Shown: piece after piece, positions 9,139 through 18,011 of the stretch
Numbering within the stretch: position 1 is the stretch's first letter
How the letters are laid out: every line of letters starts with the position of its first letter
From: Bacteroidota bacterium
GTDB lineage: Bacteria > Bacteroidota > Bacteroidia > JABDFU01
Reading direction: 5' to 3'
NCBI GenBank assembly: GCA_013286385.1
Contig: JABDFU010000006.1
Location: 7,601 to 71,600, forward strand
DNA: 64,000 bases
Position numbers and translations under genes: made by a program
The notes under the pieces: generated by a model
What the model saw: only the letters and a program-made list of their open reading frames with translations
Database searches by the model: none
What the model was told of the DNA's origin: nothing

Positions 9139-10445
9139 ACATAGCTATAATAGGAACAGGATACGTTGGGTTGGTTACAGGTACCTGTCTTGCAGAAACC
9201 GGAAACACGGTTACCTGTGTTGACATCAACGCAGAAAAAGTCAGGAAAATGCAGGATGGTGTTGTTCCCATTTACGAACCCCACCTGGACACGCTGTTTC
9301 ACCGCAACATAAAGGCAGGCCGGTTGAGTTTTACAACAGATATCAAGGAATCTGTTCACAAGGCCAGGGTAATTTTTCTTGCCCTGCCTACTCCGCCCGG
9401 CGAAGACGGATCAGCGGATCTGAGCTACATTCTTTCCGTAGCCCATGAACTAGGCCATCTTATACAGGATTACAAGGTCATCGTAGATAAGAGCACTGTG
9501 CCGGTTGGTACGGCCGAAAAAGTACATGCGGCTATTGCCCAAAATGCAAAAGCTGAATTTTCGGTGGTCTCCAATCCTGAATTTCTGAGGGAAGGATTTG
9601 CCGTTGATGATTTTCTTAAGCCAGACAGGGTTGTTGTCGGATGCAGCAGCGAAAAGGCTAAAAAAATAATCGAAGAATTGTATCGTCCTTATGTTCGCTC
9701 GGGCAACCCTATATTATTCATGGATGAAAAATCGGCCGAACTGACCAAATATGCTGCCAACGCTTTTCTGGCTACGAAAATCACGTTCATGAACGAGATT
9801 GCCAATCTTTGTGAAAAACTGGGGGCAGATGTCGATATGGTTCGCACGGGCATAGGATCTGACGAACGAATCGGAAAGCGTTTTCTTTTTCCCGGCATAG
9901 GCTACGGCGGAAGTTGTTTTCCCAAAGATGTACAGGCGCTCTCCCAATCAGCGTCCCAGGTCAATTATGACTTTAAGCTCCTGGATTCGGTAATGGCTGT
10001 AAATGAAAAACAAAAAACCATTTTAATTCCCAAAATTAAACAGCATTTCAATGGAGACCTGAAAGGAAAACATTTTGCACTCTGGGGCCTTTCTTTTAAA
10101 CCGGATACCGATGATATACGTGAAGCACCTGCTTTATATATGATTGAAGAATTGCTCAGTGCAGGGGCAAGTGTTACGGCTTATGATCCTGAAGCGATGG
10201 AGAATGTTAAAAAGCAACTGGGCTCAATGATCAGGTATGCCGAGGATCAGTATCAGGCCCTTAAGGGCGCCGATGCTTTGCTGATTGCAACTGAATGGAG
10301 TCTGTTTCGTACACCTGATTTTGAAAAAGTGTCGGGCCTTTTAAAAACAAAACTGATATTTGACGGACGTAATTTATACCCGCTTGATCAAATCAGGGAA
10401 CTGGGATTCAGGTATTACAGTATAGGAAGAGAAAGCATACGCTAA
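9135..10445 (+). CDS. ugd: UDP-glucose 6-dehydrogenase
   Basis: [21 protein letters not shown] Rossmann N-terminus and a GGSCFPKD catalytic Cys motif. The ATGA start overlaps the upstream DegT stop. The track's 9048 start would overlap the upstream gene and was rejected. Confidence 0.9.
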   Translation: MNIAIIGTGYVGLVTGTCLAETGNTVTCVDINAEKVRKMQDGVVPIYEPHLDTLFHRNIKAGRLSFTTDIKESVHKARVIFLALPTPPGEDGSADLSYILSVAHELGHLIQDYKVIVDKSTVPVGTAEKVHAAIAQNAKAEFSVVSNPEFLREGFAVDDFLKPDRVVVGCSSEKAKKIIEELYRPYVRSGNPILFMDEKSAELTKYAANAFLATKITFMNEIANLCEKLGADVDMVRTGIGSDERIGKRFLFPGIGYGGSCFPKDVQALSQSASQVNYDFKLLDSVMAVNEKQKTILIPKIKQHFNGDLKGKHFALWGLSFKPDTDDIREAPALYMIEELLSAGASVTAYDPEAMENVKKQLGSMIRYAEDQYQALKGADALLIATEWSLFRTPDFEKVSGLLKTKLIFDGRNLYPLDQIRELGFRYYSIGRESIR

Positions 10446-11422
10446 TGCAAACAAAAGAACGAGTATTGATTACCGGAGCGGCAGGATTCCTGGGCTCCCA
10501 TTTGTGTGACAGGTTTATTAAAGAGGGCTATTCAGTTATCGGAATGGATAATCTGATTACCGGAGATCTTAAAAATATAGCGCATCTTTTTCCTAACGCA
10601 GCTTTCGAGTTTTATCACCACGACGTTTCGAAGTTTGTTTTCGTGCCCGGGGAACTGCGGTACATTTTGCATTTTGCGTCACCGGCAAGCCCTATTGATT
10701 ATCTCAAGATACCCATTCAGACCTTAAAAGTAAGTTCGCTTGGCACGCACAATCTGCTGGGCCTTGCGAAGGTTAAAAATGCCCGTATCCTGGTTGCCTC
10801 TACTTCAGAAGTTTACGGTGATCCTCTGGTTCATCCTCAGGTGGAGGAATACTGGGGTAATGTAAATCCTGTAGGTCCCCGGGGCGTTTACGACGAAGCC
10901 AAGCGTTTCATGGAAGCCATCACCATGGCTTACCACACGTATCATCAGGTTGAAACGAGGATCGTGCGTATATTCAACACCTATGGACCACGCATGCGGC
11001 TTAACGATGGGCGCGTGCTGCCTGCCTTTATAGGGCAGGCATTGCGGGGAGAGGATCTGACCATGTTCGGGGACGGCTCCCAGACCCGTTCCTTTTGCTA
11101 CGTCGACGATCTGGTTGAAGGCATCTATCGCCTGTTGAAAAGCGATTACACAGAGCCTGTGAACATAGGCAATCCTTCAGAAATAACCATTAAGGCCTTT
11201 GCAGAAGAAATTCTCAAGCTTACCGGTGCCAATCAAAAACTTATTTCTCTTCCTCTTCCAAAAGATGATCCCAAGCAGCGTCAGCCGGACATTACAAAGG
11301 CCAAGAAATTATTGGGTTGGGAACCTAAGGTTAGCCGGGCTGAAGGGTTGAAGATTACCTATGACTATTTCAAAAGTCTGGACAAGGAAGAGTTGTTTAA
11401 AAAAGAACATAGGTTTGTATAA
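10445..11422 (+). CDS. uxs: UDP-glucuronate decarboxylase (UDP-xylose synthase-like SDR)
   Basis: 325 aa. It is close to eukaryotic/bacterial UXS over its whole length ([48 protein letters not shown]). Its start overlaps the ugd stop. Confidence 0.8.
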   Translation: MQTKERVLITGAAGFLGSHLCDRFIKEGYSVIGMDNLITGDLKNIAHLFPNAAFEFYHHDVSKFVFVPGELRYILHFASPASPIDYLKIPIQTLKVSSLGTHNLLGLAKVKNARILVASTSEVYGDPLVHPQVEEYWGNVNPVGPRGVYDEAKRFMEAITMAYHTYHQVETRIVRIFNTYGPRMRLNDGRVLPAFIGQALRGEDLTMFGDGSQTRSFCYVDDLVEGIYRLLKSDYTEPVNIGNPSEITIKAFAEEILKLTGANQKLISLPLPKDDPKQRQPDITKAKKLLGWEPKVSRAEGLKITYDYFKSLDKEELFKKEHRFV

Positions 11423-11452
11423 AAGAGTTTAAACTTCTAACTGGTTAAAAAA

Positions 11453-12787
11453 TTGGAATTATTAGCGATATCCCCCGTTGACGGACGTTACAGCAAGGTA
11501 ACCGCTCCCCTGGCCAATTATTTTTCAGAAGCTGCACTCATAAAATACCGGGTTCGGGTGGAGGTGGAATATTTTATTGCGCTTTGTCAGTTGCCGCTTC
11601 CGCAATTGAAGGGCGTGAATAAGAAAGAATTTCCCAGGCTGCGTGCTATTTATGAAAACTTTAGTTTAAAAGACGCACAGGAGATTAAGGAAATCGAAAA
11701 GACCACCAATCACGATGTAAAGGCAGTGGAATATTTTCTGAAAAATAAATTTGCCAAACTTAAACTGGGAGCATCCCTGGAATTTGTTCATTTCGGTCTC
11801 ACCTCCCAGGATATCAACAATACAGCTGTGCCATTGCTTTGGAAGGAAGCTCTTGCAAACGAAATACTACCGGTCATTACGCGAACGATCAATGCGATTT
11901 CGCATCATGCAAGACAATGGGCTGATGTTCCCATGCTGGCACGAACACATGGGCAACCCGCATCACCTACCCGTCTTGGCAAGGAACTAATGGTTTTTGT
12001 TGAGCGGCTACTTGCCCAGGTAGCTCAGTTTGCTGAAATTCCATGCAGTGCCAAGTTCGGAGGAGCCACGGGAAACTTCAATGCGCATCACGTGGCCTAC
12101 CCCGGAATTAACTGGGTAAAATTCGCCAACAGTTTTGTAAACAGCACACTGGGGCTGAGCCGTTCGCAGTATACCACACAGATAGAGCACTACGATAACC
12201 TGGCGGCCCAGTTTCATGCCCTGCAGCGGATCAATACCATCCTTATCGATCTCAACCGTGATATGTGGCAATACATTTCCTCAAATTATTTTAAACAAAA
12301 AATCAAGAAGGGAGAAATCGGTTCTTCGGCTATGCCACATAAGGTGAATCCGATTGATTTCGAAAACTCTGAAGGCAATCTGGGGCTTGCCAATTCACTG
12401 TTTGAGCATCTTGCAGCAAAGCTGCCGGTCTCCAGACTTCAACGCGATCTTACCGATTCTACAGTAATGAGAAATATCGGCGTGCCTATTGCCCATTCCC
12501 TTATTGCTTACCGGTCGCTTTTAAAAGGACTCGATAAAATAATTTTAAATTCTCAGGCTCTTGAAGCAGATCTCGAATCGAACTGGGCAGTGGTGGCTGA
12601 GGCTATTCAAACCATACTTCGAAGAGAATCCTATCCGAAACCCTACGAGGCTCTGAAAGAACTTACCCGAACCAATTCGGTAATAACAAAAAAAAGCATT
12701 TCGGATTTCATCGATAAACTCAAGGTAAGTGCAGCTGTAAAAAAAGAACTGAAAGCAATTACCCCGTCCAATTATACCGGAATATAA
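11453..12787 (+). CDS. purB: adenylosuccinate lyase
   Basis: 444 aa. SPVDGRYS N-terminus and fumarate-lyase signature SSAMPHKVNP. Confidence 0.9.
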   Translation: MELLAISPVDGRYSKVTAPLANYFSEAALIKYRVRVEVEYFIALCQLPLPQLKGVNKKEFPRLRAIYENFSLKDAQEIKEIEKTTNHDVKAVEYFLKNKFAKLKLGASLEFVHFGLTSQDINNTAVPLLWKEALANEILPVITRTINAISHHARQWADVPMLARTHGQPASPTRLGKELMVFVERLLAQVAQFAEIPCSAKFGGATGNFNAHHVAYPGINWVKFANSFVNSTLGLSRSQYTTQIEHYDNLAAQFHALQRINTILIDLNRDMWQYISSNYFKQKIKKGEIGSSAMPHKVNPIDFENSEGNLGLANSLFEHLAAKLPVSRLQRDLTDSTVMRNIGVPIAHSLIAYRSLLKGLDKIILNSQALEADLESNWAVVAEAIQTILRRESYPKPYEALKELTRTNSVITKKSISDFIDKLKVSAAVKKELKAITPSNYTGI

Positions 12788-12790
12788 ACC

Positions 12791-13663
12791 ATGCGCGTCA
12801 GCGGTTTTACTTTTATACGTAATGCTGTTAAATACGATTATCCTGTGGTGGAGTCGATCGGTTCGATTCTGCCTATTTGTGACGAGTTTATTGTACAGGT
12901 TGGAAATTCGGAGGACCAAACCCGTCAGCTGATCGAAAGCATAGGGTCCCCGAAACTAAAAATTGTTGACAGCGTATGGGATGAGAAACTGAGAACGGGT
13001 GGCCGGGTGCTGGCTGATGAAACCAACAAAGCGCTTCGATCGGTTTCTGCAACAAGCGACTGGTGTTTTTACCTGCAGGCTGATGAGTGCATACATGAAA
13101 ATGACCTGCCTGCCATTAAAGCAGGCATGGAAAAATACAAAGACGACAGCCGCATAGAAGCGCTGCTCTTCAATTACCGGCACTTTTACGGATCCTATGA
13201 TTATGTCGGGGACTCCCGCAAATGGTACCGAAGGGAAATCCGGATCATCCGAAACAATATCGGCGTCAGCTCCTACAAAGACGCACAAGGTTTTCGTAAA
13301 GACGGAAGAAAACTAAAAGTAAAATTGTTACCTGTAACAGTCTACCATTACGGATGGGTAAAACCGCCTGACCGTCAGCAAGCCAAGCAACTTGATTTTA
13401 ACCGGCTCTGGCATGACGAAGAATGGATCGGCAAGAACGTAGTTCCCGGCGATGAATTTGATTATTCCCAAATAGATTCCCTCGCTCCTTTTACCGGAAG
13501 TCATCCGCTAACCATGCAAAAGAGAATAAGTCAGAAAAACTGGAAATTTTCCTTTGACCCTGGACAGAAGAAAATAGGCTTAGGTGCAAAAACGCTTCGG
13601 TCAATTGAGAAGCACACCGGATGGAAACCAGGAGAATACCGCAATTACAAACTTATCCGTTAA
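12791..13663 (+). CDS. GT2-like glycosyltransferase family protein
   Basis: 290 aa. The N-terminal pattern (SGFTFIRNA...DEFIVQVGNSEDQTR, with a later ADE acidic motif) resembles GT-A/GT2 enzymes. The call rests on pattern only. Confidence 0.45.
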   Translation: MRVSGFTFIRNAVKYDYPVVESIGSILPICDEFIVQVGNSEDQTRQLIESIGSPKLKIVDSVWDEKLRTGGRVLADETNKALRSVSATSDWCFYLQADECIHENDLPAIKAGMEKYKDDSRIEALLFNYRHFYGSYDYVGDSRKWYRREIRIIRNNIGVSSYKDAQGFRKDGRKLKVKLLPVTVYHYGWVKPPDRQQAKQLDFNRLWHDEEWIGKNVVPGDEFDYSQIDSLAPFTGSHPLTMQKRISQKNWKFSFDPGQKKIGLGAKTLRSIEKHTGWKPGEYRNYKLIR

Positions 13664-13673
13664 CGCGAAATCC

Positions 13674-13689
13674 TGCCTGCCGTCAGGCA
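13674..13689. terminator. short hairpin (TGCCTG-CCGT-CAGGCA) between convergent genes
   Basis: A 6-bp stem with a 4-nt loop lies in the 31-bp gap between the GT2-like stop and the asd stop. There is no U-tract, so it is a weak terminator candidate. Confidence 0.3.
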
Positions 13690-13694
13690 CGGCT

Positions 13695-14687
13695 TCAGCC
13701 AAGCATTCCCTTGCTGAGCAGGTATTCTGCAATCTGCACTGCGTTTGTCGCAGCGCCCTTGCGTAAATTATCCGAAACAATCCACATATTTAAGGTATTC
13801 GGCTGTGTTTCATCCCTGCGCAGGCGTCCAACAAAAACCTCATCTCTGTTGTGGGCATCTTTGGGCATAGGGTATTTTAGGTTCTTCACATCGTCCGTAA
13901 CAATTATTCCGGCTGATGCAGAAAGAATTGACCGCACTTCTTCCAGGGTAAAGTTCTTTTCGAATTCTACGTTCACCGATTCGCTGTGGCCTCCCATCAC
14001 CGGGATGCGAACTGCTGTTGCCGTTACGCGGATGCTTTCATCACCCATAATTTTTTTGGTTTCGTTCACCATTTTCATTTCCTCTTTGGTATACCCATTT
14101 TCGGTAAATACATCTATGTGAGGGATTACGTTCAGATCGATCGGATAGGCATACGCCATTTCCCCTTTCAGACCTTTGCGTTCGTTCATCAGCTGGTCAA
14201 CGGCTTTCTTTCCCGTGCCGGTAACCGATTGGTAAGTTGAAACAACAATGCGTTTTATCTTGTATTTCTTATGCAGAGGATTCAGCGCCACAACCATCTG
14301 AATGGTCGAGCAATTCGGGTTGGCAATAATTTTATCTTCCTTTTTCAGTTCGCCTGCATTGATCTCGGGCACTACGAGTTTCTTGGTTTTGTCCATTCTC
14401 CAGGCCGAAGAGTTGTCAATCACCGTAATGCCTGCAGCAGCAAATTTAGGAGCCAGTTCCAGGGAAGTACTTCCTCCGGCTGAAAACAGTGCAACTGCCG
14501 GTTTCATAGCTATGGCCTCAGCAGCTGCTACTACTTTATAGGACTTGTTTTTAAAAATAACCACTTTCCCAACGGATTTTTCGGAGGCCACCGGAATCAG
14601 TTCGGTCACCGGAAAATTACGTTCCTCAAGAACACGCAACATCATTGTTCCCACAAGACCTGTTGCACCCACTACTGCTACTTTCAT
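13695..14687 (-). CDS. asd: aspartate-semialdehyde dehydrogenase
   Basis: MKVAVVGATGLVG N-terminus and an active-site region consistent with Asd. The track start at 14753 adds a 22-aa non-conserved leader, so I prefer the MKV start. Confidence 0.85.
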   Translation of the reverse strand: MKVAVVGATGLVGTMMLRVLEERNFPVTELIPVASEKSVGKVVIFKNKSYKVVAAAEAIAMKPAVALFSAGGSTSLELAPKFAAAGITVIDNSSAWRMDKTKKLVVPEINAGELKKEDKIIANPNCSTIQMVVALNPLHKKYKIKRIVVSTYQSVTGTGKKAVDQLMNERKGLKGEMAYAYPIDLNVIPHIDVFTENGYTKEEMKMVNETKKIMGDESIRVTATAVRIPVMGGHSESVNVEFEKNFTLEEVRSILSASAGIIVTDDVKNLKYPMPKDAHNRDEVFVGRLRRDETQPNTLNMWIVSDNLRKGAATNAVQIAEYLLSKGMLG

Positions 14688-14849
14688 CTCAATATAGATT
14701 AGGTTTGCAAAAATAATAGAATAATGGACAAATTGTAAATACTTTAAAATCAATCGCTTACATTAATACAGGTGTTGGCAAATCTAAAAATGCGTAACCT
14801 TAATCAATATTTGACGTAAAATAAGCATCAGGAAAATCGAAATACAGGC

Positions 14850-15410
14850 ATGGAGTTGCAGGAACTGCTTAAGGAATGTGAGAAATCTGATCATATTGCA
14901 CAGGTAGCGTTATTTAACCTGAGCAAGGAGGCTGTTATGCAAATTTGCCTGAGGTACAGCAAAAATGAAACCCAGGCGAGGCAAATACTCAAAGAGTCTT
15001 TTCTTAAGGTTTTCAGTTTTCTAAAAACAAGGGACAAAGATCAGGAATTCGAGCAGTGGATGAAGGCGCTTGTCATCAGCACAGCCCTTGAAGTATTGCA
15101 GCGGAATAAACAAGAATATAAAATTGTAAGTACGGCCAATGGCCAAAACTCAGGTCTTTCTGCCGATACGATTACTGACGCTGAAATCATCCGAAACATG
15201 GATGCAATGGATGTGTTAAAAGCCATGCAGGCTTTAACGCCTGCATACAGGGTCGTAGTTAATCTTCATCTTATTGATAATTATTCTTTCAGGAAAATAT
15301 CAGAAAAACTCGATGTAGCCGAAGCCACTATTCAAATGAATTTCGAAAAGGCCATGTATCAGCTTAGAAAAAATCTGGTTCAACTAACAACCGCAAGCCG
15401 TGCCGAATAA
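14850..15410 (+). CDS. RNA polymerase sigma-70 factor, ECF subfamily
   Basis: 186 aa with sigma-70 region 2 and region 4 (YSFRKISEKLDVAEATIQ helix-turn-helix). Confidence 0.7.
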   Translation: MELQELLKECEKSDHIAQVALFNLSKEAVMQICLRYSKNETQARQILKESFLKVFSFLKTRDKDQEFEQWMKALVISTALEVLQRNKQEYKIVSTANGQNSGLSADTITDAEIIRNMDAMDVLKAMQALTPAYRVVVNLHLIDNYSFRKISEKLDVAEATIQMNFEKAMYQLRKNLVQLTTASRAE

Positions 15411-16212
15411 GTCGATAAAACATATTGAACTTGACAAGGCTATAAAGGACTTCTTACTCAGTCTTCCTGTCAAGAGCAATGTGGAATGGGAGGAACTGCA
15501 GGAGTTGCTTTACCAAAAACAACAAAATGTAAATCCCCTTACCGGGGTGCCGCTCAATCTGAATACGATGGTTGTTGCCGGTACTACCGGTTCTCTGCCT
15601 GATTTTAGCAATACTGCCAATATATTCAGAAAGTGGTCAGGCTCCCTTTACTATATAACCGGTACCATTGCAGTAGTTATCGGGGGCTATTGTATTTTTG
15701 ATTCCTCCACCAGCAAAAAATCTACGAAGCCGGAAATAAAAAAGGAACAGGTAAACGATTTTCAGCCGTCTGTTAATTCAACCGGCCCGGCTTCTTCTAC
15801 AAGTCCTTCTGCTTCAGAAAGCCCCGCTTCTTTTTCCGCCTCTGAAATCAAGCCCGGTTCTGGGGTCTCATCTATCGGATCTTCCACCGAAACAGGAAGC
15901 CGTTCAGGAAAGGGTATCAATTCGGGAAACGAAATCAATCCCGCAAGCGAAATCAAATCCGGTAAATCCATTTCCGAAAAGGAGGTTCTGGTCAAGACCC
16001 AATCCAAAACCGAAAAAAACCCAACTGTAAAGGAAAACAGTGATCCTTCTTCTGAGGCATCGCCTGTGGTGAACAGAAGGGATACCAGTTCGGCTTTTGA
16101 CGGCCAGGAAGCTGTCCCTAAAAACTCAAAAGTCCTTTACTACAAGGAAAGCCTTACCCTCGACAAGTTAGAACAGGAACTGACCAAGGAGAAGAAAGAT
16201 TCGGTGAAATAA
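15400..16212 (+). CDS. putative anti-sigma factor; single-pass membrane protein with a Ser-rich C-terminal region
   Basis: Its start overlaps the sigma factor stop. It has one TM helix (YYITGTIAVVIGGYCIF) followed by a Ser/Pro/Glu-rich low-complexity region. Confidence 0.45.
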   Translation: MPNKSIKHIELDKAIKDFLLSLPVKSNVEWEELQELLYQKQQNVNPLTGVPLNLNTMVVAGTTGSLPDFSNTANIFRKWSGSLYYITGTIAVVIGGYCIFDSSTSKKSTKPEIKKEQVNDFQPSVNSTGPASSTSPSASESPASFSASEIKPGSGVSSIGSSTETGSRSGKGINSGNEINPASEIKSGKSISEKEVLVKTQSKTEKNPTVKENSDPSSEASPVVNRRDTSSAFDGQEAVPKNSKVLYYKESLTLDKLEQELTKEKKDSVK

Positions 16213-16213
16213 A

Positions 16214-17419
16214 TTACACCGCGCAAACAAAGAGTTTACTATCCCTGTTACCTTTCAGAAAGAATAAGGACTTAAACTTTACATTGGCTACAATGTAATT
16301 GGTTTTGGCTGATTTAAATTCCTCTTCAATGGAAACCACTTCAATTCCTTTCAGGTCGTCTTTGTGTGAAAAGCGGATGTATACTTTGATCTCGAAATCA
16401 TTATCCAGAAATTTTGCGGAATCTACCTTGCCTTTGTGATAGGCTTCCATCTTCTTCAGTTTCTTGTAGCCATATTTGTACTGGTAGGTCAGGGCTGAAA
16501 TATCAGATAGCACTGCGCTCCCAGTAGGATGACTTCCCGCGCCCTTGCCTACAAAAGTCTGTTTGCAGGAGTAAGCACCTTCTACCTCCACACCGTTGTT
16601 TTCGTACAGGACATTGTACAGATCGCTTTCCTTGTTTACAAAATGCGGCATTGCGTAGACCCTGAATTTGTCTCCCACCTTATGGGCCGTGGCAATCAGT
16701 TTGATGCGCAGTCCCTTTTCCTTTGCGTAGGTAATATCGTCAAAGGTGATGTTCTGAATTCCCAGGGCGAGAACCTGTTCGGGTTTAAGGATAATGCCGA
16801 AAGCGTGAACAGTAAGTAAAATCAGCTTGTACAAAGTGTCGTATCCGGCTACATCGAGCCAGGGATCTGATTCGGCAAAGCCTGATTCCTGTGCCATTTT
16901 CAGGGCCTTTCCGTAATCCATATTTTCCAGCTCCATCCGTGTCAGGATGTAATTGCAGGATCCGTTCAAAAGTCCACGTATGCTGCTCAATAGTTCATTG
17001 TCGTAGTATTCTTCAAGGTTCCTTACAATAGGAATACTTCCTCCGGCAGAGCCTTCGTATATCAGGGCCACGTTGTTTTTTTCCTGAAGCTGGTAAAGGG
17101 ATTCGAAATTTTCGGCCAGCATTTTTTTGTTGGCCGTCACTACGTTCACTCCTTTGCTGAGGGCACGGCTTACAATCTCATAGGCATCTGCCGAATTGTC
17201 AATCAACTCTACTATTACGTCCAACTTATTGTTTCCCAGAATATCTTCCTTGTCATAGGTAAAATACTTAGAGGCAATCTTGCGTTTTTTGTTTTTATCC
17301 TTCACGCAGATTTTTTCAATATCTGCTTTCAATCCTTCGGAATGATTCAGAACATCGTACAGGCCCTGCCCTACACAGCCAAAGCCAAACAATCCCAGTT
17401 TAATGTGTTTTTCTGTCAT
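16214..17419 (-). CDS. hom: homoserine dehydrogenase
   Basis: GLFGFGCVGQG NAD-binding N-terminus, the VVTANKKMLA motif and EGSAGGSIPIV. Confidence 0.8.
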   Translation of the reverse strand: MTEKHIKLGLFGFGCVGQGLYDVLNHSEGLKADIEKICVKDKNKKRKIASKYFTYDKEDILGNNKLDVIVELIDNSADAYEIVSRALSKGVNVVTANKKMLAENFESLYQLQEKNNVALIYEGSAGGSIPIVRNLEEYYDNELLSSIRGLLNGSCNYILTRMELENMDYGKALKMAQESGFAESDPWLDVAGYDTLYKLILLTVHAFGIILKPEQVLALGIQNITFDDITYAKEKGLRIKLIATAHKVGDKFRVYAMPHFVNKESDLYNVLYENNGVEVEGAYSCKQTFVGKGAGSHPTGSAVLSDISALTYQYKYGYKKLKKMEAYHKGKVDSAKFLDNDFEIKVYIRFSHKDDLKGIEVVSIEEEFKSAKTNYIVANVKFKSLFFLKGNRDSKLFVCAV

Positions 17420-17510
17420 AACCTCGTATATAAGGGAGGGTAAAGGTAGGCAAAATTAAGAATTGAGAATTTGTTGTACATTGAACCCGGAAAATGAACG
17501 GTGATTCCTG

Positions 17511-17999
17511 ATGAACAAGCTTGATCTGATTTTGCTGGTACCCTTCCTCTGGGGCCTGATACGCGGTTTTATCAAAGGCTTTATCATACAACTGGCCGGT
17601 ATTGCAGCCTTTCTTTTGGGGTTGCTAGGGGCGATTCATTTTTCAGATTTTATGGCCGCCTTTCTGCAGGAGCATATGGGCTGGCACTATTCCCACACCC
17701 AACTCTGGTCATTCGCCATCACTTTTTTAGCCATAGTACTGCTGGTTTTCTTTCTGGCGAAACTTATGGAGAAGGCCGTTAAAATTGCTGCTCTTGGTTT
17801 GCTGAATAAAATCACGGGCGCCTTATTTGGCGCCCTTAAATTTGTGCTCATTACCGGAGCATTACTTTATTTTGTGAGTAGTTTTGAAAACCGTTTCAGG
17901 ATAATACCTTCAAAAACTCAGCAGGGCTCGGTATTGTATTCTTATTACATTGAAGGGATTAAACTGATTGTGCCGGCAATTAGAAAGGTACACAGTTAA
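17511..17999 (+). CDS. cvpA: CvpA family membrane protein
   Basis: 162 aa with 4 TM helices. The N-terminal LDLILLVPFLWGLIRGFIKGF is typical of CvpA (colicin V production protein). Confidence 0.65.
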   Translation: MNKLDLILLVPFLWGLIRGFIKGFIIQLAGIAAFLLGLLGAIHFSDFMAAFLQEHMGWHYSHTQLWSFAITFLAIVLLVFFLAKLMEKAVKIAALGLLNKITGALFGALKFVLITGALLYFVSSFENRFRIIPSKTQQGSVLYSYYIEGIKLIVPAIRKVHS

Positions 18000-18011
18000 T
18001 TCGCTGCACTT

